Source of the DNA: a virus
Lineage: Duplodnaviria; Caudoviricetes
DNA length: 40,629 nucleotides
Reading direction: 5' to 3' (one strand)
IMG/VR virus record: IMGVR_UViG_3300033067_001915
Span: 1 to 40,629 of that record
Part shown: positions 28,017 through 37,453 of the stretch, in pieces
How the letters are laid out: each line of letters opens with the position of its first letter
Numbering within the stretch: position 1 is the stretch's first letter
Program-made: the position numbers and the translations under genes
Notes under the pieces: model-generated
The model's input: the letters and a program-made list of their open reading frames with translations, nothing else
The model's database searches: none
Told to the model about the DNA's origin: nothing

Positions 28017-28871
28017 TTACGCCTCCGCCAAGTCGCCGCTGATTAGCCACGCCGTCTGCGAGAGGGCCGTAGCCGACACGACGCTGTTCTGGGCGCGCGG
28101 CCGCGCAGCGAACCCACTGGGGATGAGCAGTGTGACGCCGGGGCCCGCCGTGATGGTCGGTGCGCCGACCCCCCTCTGCGTTAGCGAGAAGAAGTTACCC
28201 TGCTGCCACGCAGTGTTGCCGGCGCCCGAGATGATGCGCAGGTTGGCCGCGCTGCCGCTGTTGTAGACCAGCAGGAAACTGGCTACACCGCCGTTACCGC
28301 TCGCGAGGTCCCGGCCTGCGGTGAGCTCGAGCACCGGCAGGGCGTACTGGAGGCGGTACGCGATGACCGTACCCGAGCCGTTTCGGCTGTTGGGGAACAG
28401 GTACAGTGGGGCGTCGGGGTTGGTCGAATCGACCAACATGCCGCCGTCGGTGAGGCCGCGGATGTTCCAGTAGTCCGGCGTTGCGTCGCCTTCCGGTGAG
28501 GCCAGAAACTCGATCGGACCAGTCATGATGCCGCCGGTGCGGCGCAGGAACGCATCCGTGTCGAAGCTCTGCAGGTCGCGGAACACCTGCGCGTTCGGGC
28601 GCATCTCGATGATCGTGTCTGCCTCCCACGCCCGGGAGATCGTCGAATCGACGCCACGCTCCACCGTCAGGGAGTCACCATCGCGCTCAGTCACGCGACA
28701 GATTTCGTTCTCACCAGACACAGAGTCGACGAGCGTTATGTAGAACCAATCGTCCGCGCCGATCGTCGGAAAACCTGCGCCGTGCCCGGGCGTCAGTTCG
28801 AGGATGGTGTCGATCGGGCCGACAGAGATCGCCAGCGTGCCGACGACGTTGTTGGCGAACAAAACGGGCAT
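28017..28871 (-). CDS. tail fibre/spike-like protein
   Basis: N-terminal LFANN...EICRVT.R.GD.LTVERG anchor domain, LRRTGGIMTG fibre motif, C-terminal QRGVG...WLISGDL. Confidence 0.72.
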   Translation of the reverse strand: MPVLFANNVVGTLAISVGPIDTILELTPGHGAGFPTIGADDWFYITLVDSVSGENEICRVTERDGDSLTVERGVDSTISRAWEADTIIEMRPNAQVFRDLQSFDTDAFLRRTGGIMTGPIEFLASPEGDATPDYWNIRGLTDGGMLVDSTNPDAPLYLFPNSRNGSGTVIAYRLQYALPVLELTAGRDLASGNGGVASFLLVYNSGSAANLRIISGAGNTAWQQGNFFSLTQRGVGAPTITAGPGVTLLIPSGFAARPRAQNSVVSATALSQTAWLISGDLAEA

Positions 28872-28874
28872 GGG

Positions 28875-29549
28875 TCAGGCTCCGAAACGTGGGCCGCGCA
28901 TGACGCTGCGGTTGGGTTGGTTTGCGTCGCGGAGCTTCGCCCGAATGCCTTGTGTGGCGTTGGCGTAGCGACGACTCCAAAGCATCGCGCCTTCGGGGTC
29001 ATACCACGGTTTGTTGGCCAGCGACTTGAGGCTCGCAACGACTCCGTCCGCGATGATCTCGCGGTAGTCGACAAACAGGAACTCCGGCAGTACGGGGTTG
29101 GCCGGAAACATCGTCAGGGCGCACACGACGTCCACTGTCACCGTATATGCCGCATCGGGCGTCGGGTACAGGTGCAGCACACGAGCCGAGGGCGAATACC
29201 ACGAGTTCGGCTTGGCGTTGCTCGGGCGGGCGCCGTACGGGGCCCGGGCTTCTTCCGGGCGCGGCGGAATCGCTCGTCCGTCGAGCACCACCGATATGAT
29301 CGAGTACGGATCGCACACCTCTGGCGTCGCTTCCTCGCCGGCGGGTGCCTCCGCGGCGTCGTAGGGCGCGATGACGTAGTCGTTAACGCCCGCTGCGGTC
29401 GTGATCTCCACGCGCATCCGCCACAGTGTGGTCCGCCGGGTGAACTCGCGGGTGACGCGCCGGATGTGGTAGTCGACGAGCGGAAGCTCGACGGCCGGCA
29501 CGTACGGCAGGATCAGGTCGTAGAGCTCGCGGAACTGACGGACAGCCAC
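28875..29549 (-). CDS. head-tail adaptor / tail tubular protein A-like
   Basis: 224 aa; LHLYPTPD motif, EFTRRTTLWR, KPWYDP; downstream of the capsid gene. Confidence 0.65.
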   Translation of the reverse strand: MAVRQFRELYDLILPYVPAVELPLVDYHIRRVTREFTRRTTLWRMRVEITTAAGVNDYVIAPYDAAEAPAGEEATPEVCDPYSIISVVLDGRAIPPRPEEARAPYGARPSNAKPNSWYSPSARVLHLYPTPDAAYTVTVDVVCALTMFPANPVLPEFLFVDYREIIADGVVASLKSLANKPWYDPEGAMLWSRRYANATQGIRAKLRDANQPNRSVMRGPRFGA

Positions 29550-29550
29550 G

Positions 29551-29895
29551 TTACGTCCCCTGCAGGAGGTTGGTGTTGAGTCGACCCATCATGGTCATCG
29601 CACGACCGTCCACTGCGAACTCGTCATCGCGCAGCTCAGCGCGCCCTGCGACGTAGTAGGCAAGGCCCTCGAACACCGAGTCTGGCGTTGGTAGGGCATT
29701 GGCCAGCGTTGCTTCCGTTACGGCAGTTAGCGGGGTGGTGTACTGCCCAATGAAAAAGTCCGGGCGCACGCGACGGATCGCGACGATCCCCTCGTTGAGG
29801 TAGTCGATGAGATCCGCAGTCGGGTACCGCACCGCGGCTTCGTCCTGCAGGATCTCACGAGCGCGATCGATCGCGCGCTGCCCGGTGAACGGCAT
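29551..29895 (-). CDS. head-tail adaptor-like protein
   Basis: AREILQD...RY...LIDYLNEG...RPD helical adaptor-like pattern; position. Confidence 0.62.
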   Translation of the reverse strand: MPFTGQRAIDRAREILQDEAAVRYPTADLIDYLNEGIVAIRRVRPDFFIGQYTTPLTAVTEATLANALPTPDSVFEGLAYYVAGRAELRDDEFAVDGRAMTMMGRLNTNLLQGT

Positions 29896-29898
29896 GGC

Positions 29899-30165
29899 TT
29901 ACGCCTCCAGCTGGTCGTCCGGCCGCGTCGGCGCCGGAGGCGGGGGCAGCGGCGCGCTCGGGGCAACGACCGCAGCGGAGACGTCGATCGGCTGCGCGCG
30001 GCGCGCGGCCATCGCCTCGATCTTGTTCTGGTGCTCGTACTCGTCCTTGGTTGCGGGCGCCCACTCGCGGTCGTGGTCGTCCTCGTAGCCCTCGGCTGCG
30101 CCACACATGGCACCGTAGACCACACCATTGGAAAGGGACCGATAGAACTTGTGCTTCGCAGCCAT
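29899..30165 (-). CDS. hypothetical protein (88 aa)
   Basis: GGAG RBS; fills the gap between capsid terminator and adaptor. Confidence 0.7.
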   Translation of the reverse strand: MAAKHKFYRSLSNGVVYGAMCGAAEGYEDDHDREWAPATKDEYEHQNKIEAMAARRAQPIDVSAAVVAPSAPLPPPPAPTRPDDQLEA

Positions 30166-30184
30166 TGTAGATCTCCAGAAGGAA

Positions 30185-30213
30185 GAAACCCCCGGCAGGC
30201 GCTCGGGGGTTTC
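30185..30213 (-). terminator. intrinsic terminator-like hairpin after the major capsid gene
   Basis: 10-bp stem GAAACCCCCG/CGGGGGTTTC followed on the minus strand by TTCCTTCT. Confidence 0.75.
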
Positions 30214-30238
30214 AGGTTACACCAGAATCGGCAGGGCG

Positions 30239-31180
30239 TTACGCCTTGACGATGATGGCCTCCGCCATCGCCTCGGGGTAGATCACCTCGCGGCCGTAGA
30301 CCAGCAGGCCGCGCATGCGGTCGCCGAACGTCGACTCCGCCCGGATCTTCTCGGTCTTCGTCAGCTGCGTGGCGAACGTCATGGCCTTGGGGTGGATCGC
30401 GTAGATCGCCTTGTTGGCCGGGGCGGCCGGGCTCGGCAGCAGGTTCGACACGTAGAGCTCGAAGCGGTCGATGGTGCCGAGACGGCCGTTACGGACGATC
30501 GATGTGGCGTCGCCGGCGAGCGAGGCATCCTTGAGCTCCGACTTCTTGATCATGCCCGCGAACCACGCCGGGACGACCAGCTTGCGGCCGGTTTCGGGGA
30601 TGTTCTGCTCGTCCAGCACGGTGCCCAGATCGACGATCAGGTCGATCGGATTGACCTCGCCGGCGCCGAAGCCGATCTGCAGCGGGGCGACGCCAGTACC
30701 GAGGTTGATGTTGGCCGAGATTCGGCCAGCCGTCAGACCGCGGTTGGCCGCGAGGGCCTTGCCGAGCAGGAACGCGAGGATGTTGGTGTCGACCGTGATC
30801 TTCAGGCGCTCGGAAGCGTCCTCAGCCCACGGACCCATCATGTTCATGAACTGCTGGGCGTCCTGCACGTCGTCCAGATCGAAGGCCCAGTAGTGGCCCT
30901 GATCGATCAGGAGTTCGGTGGTCTCGGTGTCCGGGCGCTCGTACGTCAGCTGGTCGCCGATCCGGTAGTTGCGGATCTGGATGGCGGGGACACGGTTCAT
31001 GATGACCTTGTCGCCCATGTTGCGGATCTCGCCCTCGTAATCCGTGTTCGAGATCATCGGGGCGATCGAGGCATCGTAGAAACGCTCGAGCAGCTTCTTC
31101 GACCAGAGGGTCGGGATCAGCTTGCCAGAGGTGTCGATGACCGGCGGGGTCAAGCCGGGGGTAAGCGGGTAAACGGCCAT
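30239..31180 (-). CDS. major capsid protein (HK97 fold, P22-coat-like)
   Basis: IPTLWSKKLL, NTDYEGEI..GDKV, G.IDRFELYVSN, FGDRMRGLLVYG; very strong codon bias; followed by a terminator. Confidence 0.9.
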   Translation of the reverse strand: MAVYPLTPGLTPPVIDTSGKLIPTLWSKKLLERFYDASIAPMISNTDYEGEIRNMGDKVIMNRVPAIQIRNYRIGDQLTYERPDTETTELLIDQGHYWAFDLDDVQDAQQFMNMMGPWAEDASERLKITVDTNILAFLLGKALAANRGLTAGRISANINLGTGVAPLQIGFGAGEVNPIDLIVDLGTVLDEQNIPETGRKLVVPAWFAGMIKKSELKDASLAGDATSIVRNGRLGTIDRFELYVSNLLPSPAAPANKAIYAIHPKAMTFATQLTKTEKIRAESTFGDRMRGLLVYGREVIYPEAMAEAIIVKA

Positions 31181-31193
31181 GTCGGGCTCCTAT

Positions 31194-32204
31194 TTAGACC
31201 AGCAGCCGGCCTTCGGCTGCGGCGAGGTGGATTTCGGCTTCACGCTGCTTGAAGTGAACAGCGTCGATCTTCCCCTTCGTGTAGTCGTCGTACAGCTTGT
31301 CGACGTCCTTGAGCGTAAAGGTCTTGCCGCGGGTCGCGCCCGGGGCGTTAACGTTCTGGCTCGGAGTCGCCGCTGCGGACGGCGTCACGATGGTTTTGGG
31401 GTCGATCCGAGGTTCGCCGCTTTTGGCCCCACCAGAGGCCGTGCCCGACTTCCCGGTATCGTTCTTGTACGCCGTAAAGATCGCTGCGACCTGACGGACG
31501 TTCAAGTTTTTGTGCGCACGCTGGAGAAGTTCGTCACGGCGCACACCCGACATCGCATCATGCCCAGAGAGCCATGTCAACCATTCCTGCGACTCGTTGA
31601 TGGTTTCCCAGTCGGGGTGCGCCTTGGTCAGGGCGTTGTAGAACTTTTCCGCTGCAAGTTCCTCGGCCGTCTCGGTGGCTGCAGCGGCCTTGCTGTCGGT
31701 GGTGCGGATGGCCGCTTCCAGCCGATCAAGCCGAGCGGTATGCGTGGCGATCGGGATGTGAGTGGCCTCGACAGCGACCCGGCGAATTAGGTCGATCAGC
31801 GCGTCGCCATACTCCTCACGGTCCTTGGCCGTAATGCGCCCCAACGCTGGCGGCTCGGCCGGCTGGCGCGGCGAGGATGCAAGCGTCTGAAGCTGCTGCT
31901 GGACTTGCGCCAGCTGCTGCTGAAGGGTCTGGGTGTCAGCGCCCTGCCGCGCGAACATCCCCTGCAGGGTGTCATAACGGTGCTTGAGCTCGGCGTACTC
32001 GCGCTCAAGCGCCGACGGGGTAGGGGTAGGAGCTGGCGCGGGGGCGGGGGCCGGTGCGGGAGCCGGGGCAGACTCATCCGCGGTGTCCGCGTTGGCGGCA
32101 GGTTCGGGGGACGCCGGGGCGGTGGGGGTAGCGGTCGCCAGCTGGAGCAGCTGATCTTCCGCCGCGGCAGCTTCTTCGCGGATACGTTGCGCAGTACGGC
32201 TCAT
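31194..32204 (-). CDS. capsid scaffolding protein
   Basis: Directly upstream of capsid; coiled coils, RYDTLQGM, HPDWETIN..EW..WL, C-terminal AAAEGRL; PA-repeat linker. Confidence 0.78.
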   Translation of the reverse strand: MSRTAQRIREEAAAAEDQLLQLATATPTAPASPEPAANADTADESAPAPAPAPAPAPAPTPTPSALEREYAELKHRYDTLQGMFARQGADTQTLQQQLAQVQQQLQTLASSPRQPAEPPALGRITAKDREEYGDALIDLIRRVAVEATHIPIATHTARLDRLEAAIRTTDSKAAAATETAEELAAEKFYNALTKAHPDWETINESQEWLTWLSGHDAMSGVRRDELLQRAHKNLNVRQVAAIFTAYKNDTGKSGTASGGAKSGEPRIDPKTIVTPSAAATPSQNVNAPGATRGKTFTLKDVDKLYDDYTKGKIDAVHFKQREAEIHLAAAEGRLLV

Positions 32205-32422
32205 TTCGTGATTTCCCTGAGTTTTTCAGCGATGGCTTCAGCCTCCTGCGCACGACCTTGGAGGATCGGTGTCAGGTTGGGCTGGTTGGAATACACGACC
32301 GCCCTTGCGTGGTCTTTGGCCCTAGCATCGAGCCAGTCCAGCAGGGAGGCGAACTCCGGTATGTTGCGGAGTCGCTGCAGGTCTTTCTGCAGCCGTGCGG
32401 TAGCGTCCTTCGTCTCTTTCAC
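32201..32422 (-). CDS. small helical protein between portal and scaffold
   Basis: GTGA and ATGA coupling on both sides; LLDWL...LQGRAQ pattern. Confidence 0.72.
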   Translation of the reverse strand: MKETKDATARLQKDLQRLRNIPEFASLLDWLDARAKDHARAVVYSNQPNLTPILQGRAQEAEAIAEKLREITK

Positions 32423-32790
32423 TTGCGACGAGACTTGGACGTTTTCTTGGCCGACTTGCGCACCTTCCCGCCTTCGGCCATCGCCGTGGGGGTCGGTCCG
32501 CTACGGAAGCCGGGCTGAGACTCGGCGGCCGGGCGCATGACCTGCTGGGGCGGCATGGTGCCCCGCTTCGCTGCGGCCTGCATTCGCCCGCGCTGTTCTG
32601 CAGGTGACATCGGCATGGGGTTCGGAAGGGGCGGGGGCGTCACGCCCATCGGCCGGTTGTTGAGCGGCGCAGCGGCCTTCGGTGCAGCCACGGGGTTAGC
32701 CGCGGTCGCCACTGGCTTAGGCATCGGGCGGGCGCCCTTGCTGGCCTGCACAGCGGCACGTATCCGCGGGAGAAATGGCTTCATGAACAC
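32419..32790 (-). CDS. small basic Pro/Met-rich protein with C-terminal MAEGG motif (start 32790 GTG or 32784 ATG)
   Basis: Fills the gap after the portal; ends MAEGGKVRKSAKKTSKSRRK. Confidence 0.72.
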   Translation of the reverse strand: MFMKPFLPRIRAAVQASKGARPMPKPVATAANPVAAPKAAAPLNNRPMGVTPPPLPNPMPMSPAEQRGRMQAAAKRGTMPPQQVMRPAAESQPGFRSGPTPTAMAEGGKVRKSAKKTSKSRRK

Positions 32791-32792
32791 GA

Positions 32793-34871
32793 TCAGGTCA
32801 CTCCGGGGTTGTTGGCTGCGGGGCCAGCCATGCCTTGGGTCGGGTTTCCGGCGCTCGGCCCGCCACCCTGCTGGTTCATCTGCCCCTGCTGATTCCCCAT
32901 CGCCATCGCCGCTTGGTTCGCGGCCTCCAACGCCTTGGCGTCATTGGGTAGGGTCTGCGAGATGGGCAGGTTGAGGTCGCGAGCAATCTCCTTGAGGATC
33001 GTCTGACGCCCCTGCAGGCCGGTCAGCTGCATGTCGACTGGGTTGGTCGTGATCTGCAGGAACTCGAGGCGACGCATGCGCAGCGTCTCGCGCTGGACAA
33101 GCTCGACAGCGCCGCGCGCCTTCACCGACAGGTCGCCTTCGGTGACGATATCCGGGCGGGTGAGCGCGAGGTAGATGTTGAGGTCCTCGACTGCCTGCTC
33201 GATGACGTTCTGGTCCACCGACGCCACGGTCTGCTTGATCGTGCGGTTCGACGCCTCCATGAGCATCGAGAGGCCAGAGGCCGTCCGGCCTGCACCGCCG
33301 ACGCCGGCGCTATTGCCCTGCATATACCGCGGCAGACTGGACATCTCATCGGCCATAAGCGCGAACCGCTCGTAGACGCCTAGGAGCTCTTGCGCGTTGC
33401 TGTTCGGCTGGAAGAACTTGACCGGCTCGACGGTGGAGCCAACGAGGCTGTCCGTCGTCCGAAACATCTTCCACGGGTACAGGCGCGTTGCGCTCTGGTC
33501 GTTCTCCGCCAGCTGATCCTCGTTGAACCAACCCATCGGGCCGGACGCGATCGCGAGGTTGTTGCTGAGGGCGCGCAGCGCCGCGTTGCAGACCGCTTGG
33601 ATGTCCTCGATCAGGTCGGGGATGCCGTGGCCATAGGGCGATCCCGGAACGCGCTCAAAGCTGTCGGTGTAGAAAGGCTTGCGGCCGAGCGGGTGCGGGT
33701 TCTTTCGGACGCCGACGACATGGCCACCGACGCAGAACACGGTGCAGTTGAAGTACGCGCCCGGATCCGGCACGTCTTCACGGTTCATGCCCCAGTCGAC
33801 AAGCAGCTGGCCCTTGATCGTGTCGTGCAGCTCGATCATGGGGTACGGGCGCGAACTCGAGCCGGACTGGTCGCCGAGCGGACGACTGTCGCGCTGCTCC
33901 ATGTCAGCGCGTTCCTGCTCGGTGTAGTCGAACCACTCATGCATCCCGTCGGGGTTGAGTTCGAGCACCTCGTCGATCTTCGCCGCGTTGTAGTTCGGCA
34001 GGTCTCGCAAGGCGCGCAGATTCACCGGCGAGATCGGGTAGCGGTGGATGATGAAACCATCCTGCGCGTCCTGCGCCCACGGGGCGAAGAACACGTCGAA
34101 TGGAGAACACCGCTCCCACTGCATGGTTGGCTGCTCGACGACCGTCGGGATGCCGTTTTCCCACCGCAGGACGTTCTGCATACGGACGTTCGGGCCCTTG
34201 AGGACGGCAAACGGGAAGCAGGCGACATCCCCAAGGAAGTCCCATAGCGCGCGGTAGAACCCGCCCTCCCAGAGGATGTCGTCGATAGCGGACTCGCGCT
34301 GCCGCAGTGCGTCGCGGGCCGTCTTCATCTGCGCATCCATGATCTGCTCGCGCAGGTCTTGGCGCCGCTTCGCTACCACCGCCTCGTCCGGCTGCATGCC
34401 GGCGGCCATCGCCTCGGCCTGCTCGGCGCGGAGGACCATCTCGATCGTCTCGTTGACCGTCTGACCCGGCAGGGTCGGGACGGGGCTCGGCTCCAACTGG
34501 TAGGGTCGATCGGTGCTGATGTAGATCTCGCGCAAAAGCGCGCTGGTCCCGCGCACCTTACCCGCCGTAATCCGGGCGTAGACCTTGGAACCACCGAACT
34601 CGTCGATATCCTTGAGGGTCTGACTGTCATACTCGCCGCGCATCGCGCGCAGGGCCTTCAGGAGTCGCTCGTCGACGCCGTTCGTCTGGCGGGTCGTCTT
34701 GGCCGCCTCGAAGCACCGACGCACGTATCCGGCGAGGCCCGGGAAGGGATCACTCGCCGGTACTTCGATCTGGATCGCCTGCGGGGAGTACCCCGGGACG
34801 ACGGTTTCGGCGGGCTGGTTGGTCAGCGCCGCGCGAAGCAGGGGCACGACTTTCGGGTTCGGAACAGACAC
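32793..34871 (-). CDS. portal protein
   Basis: 692 aa upstream of scaffold/capsid; VLKGP, SPFDVF, FERVPGSPYGHGIPDLI, GRTASGLSMLM; GGAG RBS with GTG. Confidence 0.87.
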   Translation of the reverse strand: MSVPNPKVVPLLRAALTNQPAETVVPGYSPQAIQIEVPASDPFPGLAGYVRRCFEAAKTTRQTNGVDERLLKALRAMRGEYDSQTLKDIDEFGGSKVYARITAGKVRGTSALLREIYISTDRPYQLEPSPVPTLPGQTVNETIEMVLRAEQAEAMAAGMQPDEAVVAKRRQDLREQIMDAQMKTARDALRQRESAIDDILWEGGFYRALWDFLGDVACFPFAVLKGPNVRMQNVLRWENGIPTVVEQPTMQWERCSPFDVFFAPWAQDAQDGFIIHRYPISPVNLRALRDLPNYNAAKIDEVLELNPDGMHEWFDYTEQERADMEQRDSRPLGDQSGSSSRPYPMIELHDTIKGQLLVDWGMNREDVPDPGAYFNCTVFCVGGHVVGVRKNPHPLGRKPFYTDSFERVPGSPYGHGIPDLIEDIQAVCNAALRALSNNLAIASGPMGWFNEDQLAENDQSATRLYPWKMFRTTDSLVGSTVEPVKFFQPNSNAQELLGVYERFALMADEMSSLPRYMQGNSAGVGGAGRTASGLSMLMEASNRTIKQTVASVDQNVIEQAVEDLNIYLALTRPDIVTEGDLSVKARGAVELVQRETLRMRRLEFLQITTNPVDMQLTGLQGRQTILKEIARDLNLPISQTLPNDAKALEAANQAAMAMGNQQGQMNQQGGGPSAGNPTQGMAGPAANNPGVT

Positions 34872-34900
34872 GAGCGCGTTCTCCGGCTATCTTGGGCACG

Positions 34901-34927
34901 TTACACCACAATTTGAGTATGGGGTAA
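34901..34927. promoter_or_regulatory. imperfect dyad in the divergent portal/terS intergenic region (candidate operator/promoter)
   Basis: TTACACCACA-N7-TATGGGGTAA, arms match 8/10 as an inverted repeat, in a locally AT-rich 61-bp spacer. Confidence 0.45.
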
Positions 34928-34932
34928 ACCGA

Positions 34933-35460
34933 ATGACCGTGCCACTTCCGCCTCCGCCGCCCACCGCGATCGCCAAACCCAAGACCGTCGCCGACGTCGG
35001 AATCTCGGTCGAGTTCCTCCGGCACAAGGCGCCGCACCTCGCCCGCGATCTGGCGATGCAGCTGGCCCCGGAGGACCACCTCGCTGCCCAGTGGGGGCTA
35101 GAGAAACACCAGTGGGACGTCCTGAAAACTTCTCCGCACTTTACGGCGCTGGTGCGCCGCGCCACCGAGGAGCTCGCCTCCCCGGATGGGCTGGCCGAGA
35201 AGATCCGCCGCAAGGCTGCGCTGGCGATCGAGGACGGTCTGGTTGACGTGGTCGGCATCATGACCAGCCAAGCGATCAGTCCGAGCGTCCGCATGCAGGC
35301 GTTCGGGGAGCTCAAGGAGCTCGCTGGCCTGACCAAGAACGCCACCGCCCAAGGCGCAGCCGGCGTGTCCGGCCCGATCATCCAGATCAACTTCGGGGGC
35401 GGTGACACCGGCAAGACCATCACCGTCGGCACGGTGGACACGTCGGAGGAGGCCAAGTGA
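34933..35460 (+). CDS. terS: terminase small subunit (putative)
   Basis: 175 aa, helical, GTGA-coupled to terL, C-terminal IQINFGG beta-strand. Confidence 0.65.
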   Translation: MTVPLPPPPPTAIAKPKTVADVGISVEFLRHKAPHLARDLAMQLAPEDHLAAQWGLEKHQWDVLKTSPHFTALVRRATEELASPDGLAEKIRRKAALAIEDGLVDVVGIMTSQAISPSVRMQAFGELKELAGLTKNATAQGAAGVSGPIIQINFGGGDTGKTITVGTVDTSEEAK

Positions 35461-36869
35461 AGGTCTACAACGCATCCACCACAATCTCCCAGTTCGCCAT
35501 GCTGGACTCCCGCATCCAGCTGCTGCTGGGCCCGATCGGCGGCGGCAAGACGACCGGTGTCCTGATGAAGACCCTCGCGCTGGCGCACGCGCAGGTCCCC
35601 AACGCCAACGGGGAGCGCAAGACGCGCTGGGGTGTGGCCCGAAACACCCGCCCCCAGCTGCGCGACTCGGTGCTCAAGACCGTGTTCGACTGGCTCCCAC
35701 CGGACGGCAAGCGGATCATCTGGCGCGAGAGCGACATGGCCCTGCTGCTGAACTTCCCGCTGCCCGACGGGACGACGGTCAAGGCCGAGTACCTGTTCCG
35801 CCCCCTCGACACCGCCGAGGACGCCCAGCGCCTGCTGTCCGTGGAGTACACGGGGGTGTGGCTGTCCGAGTTCCGCGAGATCCCACTGCAGCTCCTGACC
35901 GACGCCCTGTCGCGAACTGGCCGCTACCCGAGCAAGACCGATGGCGGCGCCACGTGGCACGGCGTCCTCGGCGAGTCGAACATGCCGGTGCGCGGCAGCG
36001 AGTGGTTCGAGTTCATGGAGACGAAGCGCCCCTCGAACGTGGTCGTGCTCAAGCAGCCGAGCGCGCTGTCGCCGTTCGCCGAGAACCTCGACTACCTGCC
36101 CGACGACTACTACACCGCCCTGCTTGAAGGCGCGACGCAGCGATGGATTCAGGCGCATATCACCTGCGAGTACCCCGACTCGCTGGATGGCAAAGCCGTG
36201 TTCGCCCAGAGCTTCGAGTCCAGCCGCCACATCGCACCGAAGGCCATGCGCCCGATGCCCAGTACGATGGTCCTCATGGGCATCGACCAAGGGCGCAACC
36301 CAGCCGCGGTGTTCGGCCAGCTGGACACCAGCGGTCGCCTGCGCCTGCTCGGCGAGGTGTACGCGAGCGACTGCGGTATGGAGAAGTTTGCTACCGAGTA
36401 CCTACGTCCGTATGTCGTCGCCCGGTTTGCCGGCCTGCCGATCCTCGCTGTTATCGATCCGGCTGGGTTCACAAAGAACGACGTCAACGACACTACGCCG
36501 GCGGATGTGCTGCGCCACAACGGCTTCAAGGTCGTCCCGGCTCCGACGAACCAGATCGACCGCCGTATCGAGGCGGTAGAGAAGTTCCTGCTCAAGCACG
36601 ACGGCTTCCTTATCGACCCCGACCATTGCCCGAAGTCGGTCGATGGCTTTGCAAATAGCTATCGCTTCAAGCTCAAGACGAACGGAGAGCCGGAGGACCG
36701 GCCGGAAAAGCGCCATCCGATCAGCGACCTAATGGACGCAGCGCAGTACCTGTGCTTGCAGGCAGGCGGTGCACACTACGGCCGCATCGTGACCCGCGCC
36801 ATGCGCCGGCACGAGGTGGGACATACGGGCGACCGGTCACGCCCGCCGCCGTCAGGGGGTTGGACTTGA
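35457..36869 (+). CDS. terL: terminase large subunit
   Basis: Walker A GPIGGGKTT, ARNTRPQLRD, Walker B variant GVWLSEFRE, GRYPS, nuclease GIDQG, DPAG, HPISDLMDAAQY. Confidence 0.92.
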   Translation: MKVYNASTTISQFAMLDSRIQLLLGPIGGGKTTGVLMKTLALAHAQVPNANGERKTRWGVARNTRPQLRDSVLKTVFDWLPPDGKRIIWRESDMALLLNFPLPDGTTVKAEYLFRPLDTAEDAQRLLSVEYTGVWLSEFREIPLQLLTDALSRTGRYPSKTDGGATWHGVLGESNMPVRGSEWFEFMETKRPSNVVVLKQPSALSPFAENLDYLPDDYYTALLEGATQRWIQAHITCEYPDSLDGKAVFAQSFESSRHIAPKAMRPMPSTMVLMGIDQGRNPAAVFGQLDTSGRLRLLGEVYASDCGMEKFATEYLRPYVVARFAGLPILAVIDPAGFTKNDVNDTTPADVLRHNGFKVVPAPTNQIDRRIEAVEKFLLKHDGFLIDPDHCPKSVDGFANSYRFKLKTNGEPEDRPEKRHPISDLMDAAQYLCLQAGGAHYGRIVTRAMRRHEVGHTGDRSRPPPSGGWT

Positions 36870-37451
36870 TCACGCCGCGGGCGTCGACGCACTCCAGAAC
36901 TGGAGACGGAGCTTTCGGTTGAGCCCCACCTGTCGAAGCTCCGGCACGCCCTCGCGCAGTAGGTACTCGATCTCGTACCGGTCTCGCTGCGCCCGGAAGT
37001 ACAAGTTACCTGCGCGGATGTACGCGAGGATGATGTCGCTGATGTTCGTCTGTGTGGGGCGATTGTCGTCCAGCGTGCAGCGTGGATCGCTTACACCCGC
37101 CGGTAGACTGCTGATGGTTTGCCCGCCTAGTGCGGAGTCGAACCACCGATACTTCGCAACTCCGTCTTCGATGAACGCCACGAACGGTCGCATGTTCTGG
37201 TCGAACGCCAGCGACGCCTCCGTAATTGTTCCAGCGACAGAGAACAGTAGCGTCTCGGCAACTGAATCCGCACGGACGAACACCTGATTCCCCGTCGCGC
37301 GGATGTACCACGTCTGCACCGAAAGTCCGCCGCTGGGGTCGTTCAGGGCGACGCCGCCGAGGTGCTTCGCCTCCAGACGATTGATCTGGGGGTCGGGCAG
37401 GATCAACTCTGCCCGGATTCGCTGCGCCGACAGTCGCTGCTCAGGGATCAT
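36870..37451 (-). CDS. tail-associated structural protein (193 aa)
   Basis: ATG 37451 two bases after the upstream stop (MIPEQRLS); GGVALNDPS.GL, SLAFDQNMRP, LDD.R, RAQRDRY. Confidence 0.68.
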   Translation of the reverse strand: MIPEQRLSAQRIRAELILPDPQINRLEAKHLGGVALNDPSGGLSVQTWYIRATGNQVFVRADSVAETLLFSVAGTITEASLAFDQNMRPFVAFIEDGVAKYRWFDSALGGQTISSLPAGVSDPRCTLDDNRPTQTNISDIILAYIRAGNLYFRAQRDRYEIEYLLREGVPELRQVGLNRKLRLQFWSASTPAA

Positions 37452-37453
37452 GG

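Noticed and set aside
30239-30270. Programmed frameshift or readthrough extension at the capsid C-terminus
   Set aside because: No slippery heptamer seen; TAA stop is followed closely by a terminator hairpin
32014-32070. (Pro-Ala)n/(Pro-Thr)n microrepeat in the scaffold gene
   Set aside because: Ordinary flexible linker with varied codons; not a phase-variable tract
34872-36872. Recombinase-driven invertible segment around terS-terL
   Set aside because: No matching inverted repeats seen at the two boundaries and no invertase in the window
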